A stretch of 64,000 nucleotides of DNA, from assembly GCF_036365525.1 (NCBI RefSeq), contig NC_090404.1:7936001-8000000 (forward strand), read 5' to 3'. Below, piece after piece: positions 50,375-62,865 of this stretch; the stretch's first letter is position 1, and each line of letters opens with the position of its first letter. Both the position numbers and the translations under genes were made by a program. The stretch comes from Heterodontus francisci. Its lineage: Eukaryota. The notes beneath the pieces were generated by a model that saw only the letters and a program-made list of their open reading frames with translations, did no database searches and was not told the origin of the DNA.

Positions 50375-51662
50375 AGAGTCAGCATGGATTTACGAAATCA
50401 TGCTTGACAAATCTACTAGAATTCTTTGAGGATGTAACTAGTAGAGTTGATGAGGGGGAGCCAGTGGATTTGGTTTATTTGGACTTTCAGAAGACTTTCG
50501 ACAAAGTCCCACATAAGAGATTAGCATGTAAAATTAAAGCCAATGGGATTGGGGGTAGTGTATTGCAATGGATAGGAAATTGGTTGGCGGACAGGAAATA
50601 AAGAGGACGGATAAATGGGTCTTTTTCCGAATGGCAGGCAGTGACTAGTGGGGTACCGCAGGGATCGGTGCTAGGACCCCAACTATTCACAATATACATG
50701 AATGATTTAGATGAGGGAATTAAATGTAATATCTCCAAATTTGCAGATGACACAAAACTGGGTGGGAGGGTGAGTTGTGAGGAGGATGCAGAGAGGCTTC
50801 AGGGTGATTTGGACAAGTTGAGTGAGTGGGCTAATGCATGGCAGTTGCAGTATAATGTGGATAAATGTGAGGTTATCCACTTTGGTAGCAAAAGCAGGAA
50901 GACAGATTATTATCTGAACGGCTATAAACTGAGAGAGGAATATGCAGCGAGACTTGGTTGTTCTCGTACACCAGTTGCTAAAGGTAAGCATGCAGGTACG
51001 ACAGGCGGTAAAAAAGGCAAATGGTATGTTGGCCTTCATAGCGAGAGGATTCGAGTACAGGAGCAGGGATGTCTTGCTGCAATTATACAGGGCCTTGGTG
51101 AGGCCACACCTGGAATATTGTGTGCAGTTTGGGTCTCTTTATCTGAGGAAGGATGTTCTTGCTGTAGAGGGAGTGCAGCGAAGGTTTACCAGACTGATTC
51201 CTGGGATGGTGGGACTGACGTATGAGGAGAGATTGAGTCGGTTAGGATTATATTCGCTGGAGTTCAGAAGAGTGAGGGGGGATCTCATAGAAACCTATAA
51301 AATTCTAACAGGACTTGACAGGGTAGATGCAGGTAGGATGGTCCCGATGGTGGGGGAGTCCAGAACCAGGGGTCATAGTCTAAGGATATGGGGTAAACCT
51401 TTCAGGACTGAGATGAGGAGAAATTTCTTCACCCAGAGAATGGTGAGCCTGTGGAATTTGCTACCACAGAAAGCAGTTGAGGCCAAAACTTTGTATGTTT
51501 TCAAGAAGGAGTTAGATATAGCTCTTGGGTCTAAAGGGATCAAAGGATATGGGACGAAAGTGGGAACAGGCTACTGAGTTGGATGATCAGCCCTGATCAT
51601 AATGAATGGCAGAGCAGGCTCGAAGGGCCAAATGGCCTACTCCTCCTATTTTCTATGTTTCT
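50375..51662 (+). mobile_element. CR1 RT/3' portion
   Basis: TNLLEFFEDVT, GVPQGSVLGP, KFADD, LVRPHLEYCVQF; tail ...ttctatgtttcta. Confidence 0.9.
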
Positions 51663-52168
51663 ATTAATTCTCAGCAGATGCAGATCTGGAGGGACAGTGA
51701 GTGTCCTGAACATTTTTGTACAGTCTGCTCAATATTTCATCCTTGGGCCTGAATAATTTGGTGATGATTTGCATTTGATGTCCTCTGGTTACTGACTCCC
51801 TGACCAGTGGAAATAGTTTTTCATTTACCTGATGAAATTTTGAACTCCTCCCTCAGATCTCCAATGACCCTTTGTTCTAATGAAAAGAGCCCCAGTATCT
51901 CTAATCTCTCCTGATAACTAAAGCCTATCTTCCCTGGTATCATCTCAGTGAATCTCTTCTGCACCCTCTGACATCCTTCCTGGTGTAAGAGGTCCAAACA
52001 TTGACCCAGTATTCTAACTGCAGCCTAACCAATGATTTGTACAGGTTTACATGACCTCTGCCCTTTTGTACTCTGCACCCTTAATTATAAAACCTAGGAT
52101 CCCATGTGCTTTTTAACCACTTTATCAACTTGTCCACCCAGTTTTAAAGGTTTGTGTATGTGAACCCC

Positions 52169-53079
52169 TGTAGTTTGAGATATTTACATAACCTATTTAA
52201 AATACATTGATATCAAACATCTTATGTAATGTGTATTATGGGAAAGAGAGGTTTATTCTAAGTTAGAAACTCAAACAGGCGCTTCACTGCAGCCAGGTCA
52301 CCATGGCAACACTGATGAGACATTCCATTCCACAGAATCCACTCAGTGGAAACGTGAATCAAATCAGGGGAAAGGACGGGATTTGTCTGTTATTAACCAC
52401 AATATAAATGTAAACCAGAGTGAGCAAGAGAATAGATTATATTATAATGTATGATGTTTGTATATATAATTGTGAAACTATAAGAAATAACACAATCAAC
52501 AGTAGGCAGGGGAGTTTAGAGATGGAGAAAATTACTGAAGAAAAGTAACTGCTGGGAACCAGGGAATGTGTCCTTGTAAATCACAGATTAGAGGAATTCC
52601 AGCTGTCTTTTCCTCACTTCCTGCCAAAACCCAGCAGAGAAGACAAAGAAGAGTCAGGTGCCGGAACTGGATCACTAGTGAGGGGATACTGCTGTAAGGG
52701 GGCAGTCGGGACTGGAGACACCGGAGATCAACCTCAGGGCACCCGAGGTTCCATCCAGTGGGCTGACCTCATGTAAGTGACTGTGGACACGTGGGACTTG
52801 CATGTTTACTCTGATTGATGGATCAATATAAGATGTGGTAGAGGACAGAGAATCTGCTCAGCTTATATTTCTTAATTTATTTAACTTGCTGACACTGGAC
52901 TCTGAAATAGGATTTCAAAGTGGATTTTATAATTTATGGGAAAATCAGGGCTCAATTAATCAATTTGCTAATTAATAAGACAAGATGTTAGCTCAAATCT
53001 TCCACTTCTTTACTGTTCTGCTTCTCTATTGCTTTTAAACTATACAATTTAATGAACATTTTATCTGTTTTAACTTACA
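52169..53079. mobile_element. Possible solo LTR inside an old CR1
   Basis: ~910-bp non-CR1 insert starting TGT and ending ACA between collinear minus-strand CR1 pieces; no TSD visible. Confidence 0.3.
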
Positions 53080-53997
53080 AAAGGTATCACCTCATATTTC
53101 TCTGTTAAACTTCATTGATATCTACCTATCCCATTTATTAATCTGTGAATTCACACTTGCAGTTCCCCACACTCCTTATTTTAAAATCATTTTGACCGTA
53201 TGCCCCTATATATCATTTCTCTATATTGAGATGAGCAATGGTACCAACATTGACCCTGGGGGACACCACTGTTTCCATCCCTCCAGTCTGTAGAACATCC
53301 ATTAACCATCGCGCCCTGTTTTCTGCCCTTTACCCAACTTCCTACCCACGCTGCTCCACTCCCCTTCAATATCGTGAGCTTTAATTTTATCCACAAGCCT
53401 CCTGTCCGGCAACTTATCAAACACCTTTTGACAATCCATCTACACAACGTCCACTGCATTTCCTTTCTCACTAAACTGTGTTATTCCCTCAAATAATCCC
53501 TGCTCTCTGTCTTGAATGAATCCATTTCACTAACAAATGTTGAAACGTTTGCTTCACACCCACAGGGGTTTCATCTGTTTAAAGCAACAGCAGAAAGGGC
53601 AGTTTGCTCCTGGAGTTTGAGAGAAATCAGGTTTCAAAATGATGCAGAGTTTCAGCCAATGAGGGAGATTGGGGCTCAGCCCCTCCTATTAGGTGCCACA
53701 GGTCTCTTTGCAGCCTCACTACATCCTCCCCGCAGCTTACCTTTCCACCGAGCTTTGTATCATCAGCAAACTTAGATACATTATTCTGTCTCTTCATCCA
53801 AGTCATTAATATAGAGTGTAAATAGCTGAGGCCCAAGCACTGATCCTTGCTGCACCCCACTATTCACTGCCTGCCAACTTGAAAATGCCGCATTTTTGCC
53901 CACTCTCTGCTTCCTGTCTGTTAACCAATCCTCTATCCGCGCCAATATATTACCCACCCAACACCATGAGCCCTTATCTTGCCTATTAATCTTTTAT

Positions 53998-55289
53998 ATC
54001 CACCAAAGCTACTAAGTATCATCACCTCATTCCATGACAATATGAAAGGCACAATTCAACATGGTGGCTCCTCATCAGAGCCCTTTCCTATCCTGAGTGG
54101 TGTGAAACAGGGCTGTGTTCTCGCACCCACACTTTTTGGGATTTTCTTCTCCCTGCTGCTTTCACATGCGTTCAAATCCTCTGAAGAAGGAATTTTCCTC
54201 CACACAAGATCAGGGGGCAGGTTGTTCAACCTTGCCCGTCTAAGAGCGAAGTCCAAAGTACGGAAAGTCCTCATCAGAGAACTCCTCTTTGCTGACGATG
54301 CTGCTTTAACATCTCACACTGAAGAATGCCTGCAGAGTCTCATCGACAGGTTTGCGTCTGCCTGCAATGAATTTGGCCTAACCATCAGCCTCAAGAAAAC
54401 GAACATCATGGGGCAGGATGTCAGAAATGCTCCATCCATCAATATTGGCGACCACGCTCTGGAAGTGGTTCAAGAGTTCACCTACCTAGGCTCAACTATC
54501 ACCAGTAACCTGTCTCTAGATGCAGAAATCAACAAGCGCATGGGAAAGGCTTCCACTGCTATGTCCAGACTGGCCAAGAGAGTGTGGGAAAATGGCGCAC
54601 TGACACGGAACACAAAAGTCCGAGTGTATCAGGCCTGTGTCCTCAGTACCTTGCTCTACGGCAGCGAGGCCTGGACAACGTATGCCAGCCAAGAGCGACG
54701 TCTCAATTCATTCCATCTTCGCTGCCTTCGGAGAATACTTGGCATCAGGTGGCAGGACTATATCTCCAACACAGAAGTCCTTGAAGCGGCCAACACCCCC
54801 AGCTTATACACACTACTGAGTCAGCGGCGCTTGAGATGGCTTGGCCATGTGAGCCGCATGGAAGATGGCAGGATCCCCAAAGACACATTGTACAGCGAGC
54901 TCGCCACTGGTATCAGACCCACCGGCCGTCCATGTCTCCGTTATAAAGACGTCTGCAAACGCGACATGAAATCGTGTGACATTGATCACAAGTCGTGGGA
55001 GTCAGTTGCCAGCATTCGCCAGAGCTGGCGGGCAGCCATAAAGACAGGGCTAAATTGTGGCGAGTCGAAGAGACTTAGTAGTTGGCAGGAAAAAAGACAG
55101 AGGCGCAAGGGGAGAGCCAACTGTGCAACAGCCCCAACAAACAAATTTCTCTGCAGCACCTGTGGAAGAGCCTGTCACTCCAGAATTGGCCTTTATAGCC
55201 ACTCCAGGCGCTGCTTCACAAACCACTGACCACCTCCAGGCGCGTATCCATTGTCTCTCGAGATCAGGAGGCCCAAAAGAAAGAAAGAA
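53998..55289 (+). mobile_element. RTE-clade LINE, 5'-truncated, uninterrupted ORF, 10-bp TSD
   Basis: GVKQGCVLAP, LLFADD, FTYLGS, LRWLGHV, C-terminal CSTC...H...C. (GAAA)n tail. TSD AATCTTTTAT at 53988-53997 and 55290-55299. Inserted into a minus-strand CR1. Confidence 0.95.
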
Positions 55290-55954
55290 AATCTTTTATG
55301 TGGTACCTTATCGAATGCCTTTTGAAAATCCAGGTATACTACATCTACTGGTTCCCCTTTATCCACCCTACTAGTTACATACTCAAAAAGCTCTTAATAA
55401 ATTTGTCAAACAGGAACGCCCTTTTGTAAAACCATGCTGACTTGTTTTAATCACACTATACTATTCCAAGTGCAATGTTAAGACTTCTATAATAGTTTCC
55501 AGCATCTTCCCAACGACTGATGTCAGGCTAACTGGCCTGTAGTTCCCTGTTTTCTCTCTACCTCCATTCTTGAAAAGCGATGTAACATTTGCCAACTTCC
55601 AATCTGATGGGACCATTCCTGAATCTAAGGAATTCTGTCTAACTCATCCTTGAACATATTCAATGACCCAGCCTCCACAACATGCTGGGGAAGGGAATTC
55701 CAAGCTCCAATGACCCTCAGAAGAAATTCCTCCTCATCTCCCACTTTAAATGGGAAACGCCTTAATTTGAAACTGCGCTCCATATTTCTAAACTCCCCTA
55801 TGAGGGGGAACATCCTCTCAGCATCTACCCTGTCAAGTCCCTTCAGAACCTTATACATTCCAATTAGATCACTTCTCAATCGTCTAAACTGCAACGAGTA
55901 TCGGCCCAACCTGCTCACCCTTTCCTCATAAGACAAACCCCTCCTCATCTGACT

Positions 55955-56290
55955 TTGCTGCTGCCTCAGCTCAACTATCTCGAAAACTTATAATAATGCA
56001 TTTGTTACCTTTCAGCTTGACTATTCTAACAGACTCCTGTCTGGCCTCCCACATTCTAATCTCTGTAAACTTCAGATGGTCCAAAACTCTGCTGCTTGTG
56101 TCCTCATTCGAACCATGTCCTGTTCACCCATCACCACTGTGCTCGTTGACCTACATAGGCTCCCAGTGAAGCAGCACCTCAATTGAAAAATTCTCATCCT
56201 TGCTTTCATATCCCTCCATGCCCTCAAGCCTCACTATCTCTATAATCTCTGCCAGCCCTACAACCCTCCAAGATATCAGCACTCACCTAA
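55955..56290 (+). mobile_element. L2 LINE ORF2 C-terminal fragment
   Basis: Reads AFVTFQLDYSNRLLSGLP...KLQMVQNSAACVL; a related fragment lies on the minus strand at ~40030-40140. Confidence 0.7.
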
Positions 56291-56299
56291 TTTTATTTC

Positions 56300-57430
56300 A
56301 TTCATTCATGGGATGTTGGTGTCACTGGCTAGGCCAGCATTTATTGCCCATCCCTGATTACCCTTGAGAAGGTGGTGGTGAGCTGCCTTCTTAAACCACT
56401 GCAGTCCTTGCAGTGTAGGTACACTCGCAATGCTGTTAGGAAGGGAGTTCCAGGATTTTGACCCAGCGACAGTGTAGTTCCAAGCGAGGATGGTATGTGG
56501 CTTGGAGGGGAACTTGCAGGTGGTGGTGTTCCCATGCAGTAAAAACAGAAAATGCTGGAAATACTCAGCTGGTCAGGCAGCATCTGTGGAGAGAGAAGCA
56601 GTGTTCACATTTTAGGTCTGTGACCTTTCATCTGCTGTACTTGTCCTTCTAGGTGTTAGAGGATGTGGGTTTGGAAGGTGCTGTCGAAGGAGCCTTGGTG
56701 AGTTGCTGCAATGGTACACACTGCTGCCACTGTGCATCAGTGGTGGAGGGAGTGAATGTTTAAGGTGGTGGATGGGGTGCCAATCAAGTGGGCTACCTTA
56801 TCCTGGATGGTGTTGAGCTTCTTGAATGTTGTTGGAGCTGCATCCATGCAGGCAAGTGGAGAGCATTCCAGCACACTCCTGACTTGTGCCTTGCAGATGG
56901 TAGACAGTCACTGGGGAGTCAGGAGCTGAGTTACTCACCGCAGAATTCCCAGCCTCTAACATGCTCTTGTCACCACAGTATTTATGTGGCTGGTCAAGTT
57001 CCGTTTCTGGTCGATGGTAACCCCCCAGGAATTTAATAGTGGGGGATTTAGCGATGATAATGCCATTAAACATCAAGGGGAGATGGTTAGATTTTTGCTT
57101 GTTTGCGATGGTCAATGTCTAGCACTTGTGTGGCGCAAATGTTACTTGCTACTTATCAGGCCAAATCTAGATGTAGTCCAGGTCCTGCTGCATCTGGACA
57201 CGGGTTGATTCAGTATCTGAGGAGTTACAAATGGTGCAGAACATTGTGCAATCATCAGTGAGCATCCCCACTTCTGACCTAATTAAGGTGGGAAGGTCAT
57301 TAATGAAGCAGCTGAAGATGGTTGGTCCTAGGACACTACCCTGAGGAACTCCTGCAGTGATGTCCTGGGACTGAGAAGAATAACGTCCAACAACCACAAC
57401 CATCTTTCTTTGTGCGAGGTATGTCTCAAA
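56300..57430 (-). mobile_element. CR1/L2-group LINE 3' half (family of 3797-6280) with a Penelope piece at 56538-56630
   Basis: DITAGVPQGSVLGPTIFSCFINDLPTLIRSEVGMLTDDCTMF. Confidence 0.85.
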
Positions 57431-57594
57431 GCAGCTGATCTTTCAATTTGGCACTTCAGTCTTCCAGACTCAACACAGAGTTCAACAATTTCAGATCATT
57501 TGAGTTACAATTCAGTGGAATGTAAAAAGTAACCCCAACACCTACAGGAGAGATGGCAGAAAACCCGCTGTGTGCAGAGTAAGAATAAAATCAA

Positions 57595-58130
57595 TGTCTG
57601 CAAATCCTCCCCTCCCAATCCCTGTAAAAAGAGTTTACAAAAGTTACCACTAAGTCCAGGATAGAATTCTCCATTCTGAATTTCTATTTTCTTTGGAAAA
57701 AATTTTCTCTCTCGTTCCTCCAAAGCTGTAAATCCCCGTCCCACACACTCTCCCTCCTGTTTGTGCTGACATCCAAAGGCATCGCATCATTTGCACCATT
57801 TCTTTCCTCCACTGCCAGTTTTCTCCTTCCCTGGGTTCAGTTCTTCAGCCCCTGTTTGCAGAGTGAGAATCAAATCAACAAGTCAATGATTTTCTCTCCT
57901 GGTCACTGGGACCCTGAAGCCCCGCCCGCTGTGTCGTCACCAAGGTGGCCGCGCATGCGCTCTGCTCCCCGCTCAGCCAAGATGGTGGACGTTGATCCGG
58001 ACCTGTTCCCTGGAAAAAGTCCCGAAGCTGCAAACGCGGGGCTTGTGGCCGACTCCAGGTGTTTTTGAAGCTCACCCGCCCGATTCCTCCCCTGCACCTG
58101 ACCGCAGCTGGTGAGCATGCGCGAATTATG
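57595..58130 (-). pseudogene. Orphan ZNF-cassette 5' module (promoter, intron, acceptor) lacking the finger exon
   Basis: Collinear with 20490-21100 in reverse complement, up to the tttacag acceptor (~57622) plus ~25 nt, then unrelated sequence. Confidence 0.75.
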
Positions 58131-58557
58131 CGATTGGGAAATATGGGAGGCGCGCGGAGGATTTTATTTCAGGTCGGGAAGTTTGAACGGGAAAAGGTTA
58201 ACGGTCGCCGGCGTTGCCATGGCTGCGGGGGCGGGGCTTGCTAACGGCGCGCGCCGGCACAGGTGGGCCCTCGAGCTGAGCGGCCAGGAGCAAGGCCGCG
58301 GAGAGAGCCTGGGGCTCGAGTGGGAGGTGGCAGCCGGCAGGCCTCTCTCCTGGGGAGGACACCACTCTGACTGGGGCCACCCAAAACACTGAAACACGGG
58401 GATTTTAATGTCACAGCCTTTGAGGGGGAGGCAATGGGTGCGAGAAAACCTGGTTGATAATTACTGAGCTTGGATGGGTTTTGGTGTCTCCAGTGGGTGG
58501 GCTTCAGATTTTCCACCAGTCCCTTTGAGGAAAGGACTGGCTGCAAGTTTTTACTAA

Positions 58558-59140
58558 TTCATTCTTGGGATGTGGGCATCGCTGGTAAAGCTGGTATTTA
58601 TTACCCTGTCCCTAGTCTCCCCTTGAGAAGGTGCTGGTGGTGGGCGGCCGCCTCCTTGAACCGGTTTCATACGACTGAGTGGCTCGTTCGGCCACTTCAG
58701 GGGCAGTTAATAGTCACCCATGTTCGTGTAAGACTTCAGACACATATACAGGCCCAGACCGGGTAAGGACAGCAGGTTTCCATCCGTCAAGGGGCATTAA
58801 TGAACCAATTTTATGCGAATTATGAAAAAGTGGCCTAGACAGTCCTTTATTCCTGTTGCTGTTTATGGGATCTTGCTGTGCGCAGCCTAGGCTACCCACA
58901 TTGTCCTACATTACAAGAGTGAGTACACATTTTAAAGATGCTTAATTAGCTGAAAAGCACTTTGGAACACCCTGAGATCGGGAAAGGTGCTGTATAAATG
59001 AACGTTCTTAGGCAATCCAGCAGCTTCATGGTCACTTCTACTGACAACCAGCTTTTTTATTTCCAGGTATTTTCTTCCAATTCTCAAACTGCCATGGTAA
59101 GATTCGAAATTACAGCCTCTGGATTAATGTCTCAGAACCA
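58558..59140 (-). mobile_element. Shark SINE (family of 47212) with a nested DeuSINE-like 3' part at ~58850-59010 (+)
   Basis: Reverse-complement similarity to 50102-50340 and 47212-47367; gggatcttgctgtgcgc...aaagcactttgg...aaaggtgctgtataaatg. Confidence 0.5.
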
Positions 59141-59769
59141 CGACTGAGTGCTGTGTGATAGAGTGCTTAATTCGGGAATTTGGTAAGTGTGGGAATTTCA
59201 AAGGTTGATCTCTTTCTAAAATCTAATCAAGTTTCTATTTAGCATTTAACTTGGCTTTAATATTATATTGTAGTTCCTTTCATTCTTAGTCAATGGTAAA
59301 CAAGCTGCTTGCTCATGTCAGCTGCACAGTTATCTACTTGGGTAGCTAGTTAGAACTGGTTCCCTAGTCAGTAGGGTCTGACTCAGGTCAGTGGAATTCT
59401 AATTAATATAAATACAGGAGGTTTTGCTAATGTACAAAGTAAGATCTGCTCAACCGCGCGACAGAGAGCTGAACTCGGGAATTTGGTGCAGTGAGGGAGG
59501 AGGTGCTGATCTGATCTTTTACAGAACAGCAGTGATCCAAGAGGGAGCTGGAGAGAGTGAGACCTGAGCGCTGAAGGCCAGAGGCCTTAATTAGCGAGTA
59601 GGTAGGTGATTGGTTGGTGTATTTTGATTTTTTTCCATTCTAAACTGGGTCAGTAGTTTAAACTAGTACTGGGGAGATATAAGTATTAAATATGGAAGTT
59701 AACTAGATAAATTACTAAATATAACTACAAATTATCAGTGATATTTCTAAACTTGGGACCTAATTAGTT

Positions 59770-61650
59770 AAATAAAACACAATAAAGATGGCAGGACATG
59801 TGTTGCAGCTGTAGCATGTGGGAGCTATGAATACCAGTGTGATCCACTGCAACCATATCTACAGTATGTGTCTGCAGCTCGAGGAACTTGGGCTCAGAGT
59901 TCATGAGTGGGAGTCCGACATTCAGACACTGCGATGTATCCGGGAGGGGGAAAGTCATCTGGACACTTTGTTCCAGGAGGCACTCACACCCCTTAGGCTA
60001 GTTACTTCAGATTTGGTCTGTGGTCAGGGACAGGGGGGTGTGAATATGAGTGAGGCAGGTATGGGGATCCAGAAGGTAGCAATGGAGGAGCCTTAGGCCT
60101 TGCACTTGTCCAACAGGTTCTTGCAGCTTGTGTAGACGAGAGAAAGGACTGCAGGGAGGATGAGCAAACTGACCGCAGCACAGTGCTGCAGGGACCATTC
60201 AAGTCGGGGGAGTGAAAGGGGATGTAGTTGTCGGGGACAGTGTATTTAGTTGGAGAAATACTGTTCTTTGCAGCTGAGAACATGAGTCCCAAGGGCTGTG
60301 TTGCCTGCCTGGTCCTCAGGGCTGGAGCGGAACTTGGAGGGGAAGGATCCAGTTGTCGTGATCCATGTGCGTAGCAACAACGTAGGTAGGACTAAGAAAG
60401 AGGTTCTGAGCGAGTATGAACAGCTGGGCGCTAAATTTAAAAAGCAGAACCACAAAGGTGGTAATCTCTGGATTACTATCTGAACCACAAGCAAATTGGC
60501 TTCGGGTAAATAAGATCAGAGAGTTGAATGCATGGCTCAAAGATTGGTGTGGGAGAAATGGGTTTTGATGGACAAAGGGACCTGGGTGTCCTTGTCAATA
60601 ATTCACTTAAAGCTAACATGCAGGTGCAGCAAGCAATTAAGAAGGCAAATGGTATGTTAGCCTTTATCAGAAGAAGATTTGAATACAGGAGAAGTGAAGT
60701 CTTGCTTCAGTTGTATAGATCTTTGTTAGACTGCATCTGGAGTACTGTGTGCTGTTTTGGTCCCCTTACCTTAGGAAGAATATTATTCCCACAGAGGGAG
60801 TGCAGCGAAGGTTCATCAGACTTGTTCCCGGGGTGGCAGGAATCTCCTATGAAGAGAGATTGGGGAAACTTGGCCTGTGTTCTCTAGAGTTTCGAAGAAT
60901 GAGAGGTGATCTCATTGAAACCTACAAATACATAAAGGGATAAACAGGGTTGATGCAGGTAAGATGTTTCCCCTGGTACGGGGGTCTAGAACCAGGGAGT
61001 ACAATTTCCAAATAAGGGGAAAGACACTTGGGACAGAGATGAGGAGAAATTTCTTTCCTCAGAGGGTTGTGAATCTTTGGAATTTTCTACCCCAGAGGGC
61101 TGTGGAAGCTCAGTCATTGAGTATGTTTAAAGCAGAGATTGACAGATTTCTAAATACAAATGACATAAAGGGATCTGTGGGGGGGAAATGCCATTTAAGT
61201 GGATGAGCAGCCATGATCAAATTGAATGGTGGAGCAGGTTCGATGGGCTGAATGGCCTGCTCCTATGTTCCGATGATTCATGGGTCACTGGCACCAGTAC
61301 TGAGGAAAGAGGGAGCTGTACATCACCTGAACTGCGCTGGGGCCAATGACCTGATGAATCATATGACTAGGGCTGTAGAGAGGTCTTTCAACTAAATAGG
61401 TTGGGAGGGAGTGGGTGTAGTAAGGGTCCACGTGAGTGGAGATTTGAAAAGTTAAAGAGAAAGGACAAGTCTATAGTGCAGGGTAGCGATTTGAGTAATG
61501 GTCACCAGGGTGTGATGGGAAGGGATAGAGTGTACAAACATAAGAGTGCACCAGTACATATGGTCAGAGTTGGGAAAAATGGCTTTAAACTAACAGGAGG
61601 GAAGAGGGTTCAGGTGAAGGGAGATTTAACAATCCCAAGATAAAAGTTGA
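59770..61650 (+). mobile_element. CR1 ORF1 region (decayed) with a nested CR1 3' piece (~60570-61270)
   Basis: Cys-rich start, coiled coil (LEELGLRVHEWESDIQTLRCIRE), esterase-like VVVIHVRSNNVG; nested FWSPYLRK...FFPQRVVNLWN. Confidence 0.75.
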
Positions 61651-61839
61651 GGGAATAGAAAAGTATATCGACCCCCAAACAGTGAGAGGAAGATAGAAGA
61701 ACAAATATGTAGGCAAATGTCTGAGCGCAAAAACAATAGGGCAATAATAGTTGGGGATTTCAACTGTCCTAATACCTGGATTACAAACAGTGTGAAGAGC
61801 ACAGAGGGCACAAAATTCTTGAACTGCATTCAAGAGAAC

Positions 61840-62400
61840 CCCCTTCAGAATGCCCCCTGTCCGTTCAGAGACATCCTTGACCCTGGCACCAGGGAGGCAA
61901 CATACCATCCTGGAGTCTCTTTCACGTCCACAGAAGCGCCTATCTGTGCCCCTGACTATAGAGTCCCCAATAACTATTGCTCTTCTGCGCTTTGTCCCTC
62001 CCTGCTGAACAACAGTGCCAGCCGTGGTGCCACTGCTCTGGCTGCTGCTGTTTTCCCCTGATAGGCCATCCCCCCCCGCCCAACAGTATCCAAAACGGTA
62101 TATTTGTTAGAGAGGGGGATAGCCACAGGGGATTCCTGCACTGACTGCCTGCCCCTTCTAGCGGTCATCCATCTATCTGCCTGCACCTTGGGTGTAACTA
62201 CTTCTCTAAAACTCCTGTCTGTGACACTTTCTGCCACCTGTATGCTCCTAAGTGCATCCAGTTGCCGCTCCAACCGATCCATGTGGTCTGTGAGGAGCTG
62301 CAACTGGGTACACTTCCTGCAGATGTCGTCGTCCGGAACGCTGGAAGCGTCACGGACCTCCCACATCTCTCAGGTGAAGCACATTTCCCCACTAACTGAC
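61840..62400 (-). mobile_element. CR1 ORF1 fragment (Cys-rich motif + esterase start)
   Basis: MWEVRDASSVPDDDICRKCTQLQLL...LSNKYTVL; MVCCLPGARVKDVSER. Confidence 0.75.
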
Positions 62401-62865
62401 ATTTCTAGCTCTAATTAGTTAATTAATATAAAATAAATAAATACTTATTAAATCCTTACTAAATTGTTATAATTAACTATCTGGTCCCTAGTGCTAGATT
62501 CCTACTATAAATATTAAATGCAAACTAAATAAAGTAATCTCCTCCCTCTGGTGCAGTTACTCTATTAATTAGTTACAGGAAACAGGCTCAGTGACAGGAA
62601 ACAAAATGTTAATGTTCGACGGATGTTTTTGTGAGTGGAAAGCGGTTTCCAATGGCGTTCCACAGGGCTCAGTGTTGGGTCCCATTGTTGGTGGTATATA
62701 TTAATGAATTGGACTTAAATGTGGGAGGCATGATAGCGAAATTTGCAGATGATACAAAAATTGGCCATTAGTTAATAGTGAGGAGGATAGGTATCGACTC
62801 CAGCATGGTTTAGTTGAGTGGATGGAAAAGTGGCAAATGGAATTCAAACCTGAGAAGTGTGAGGA

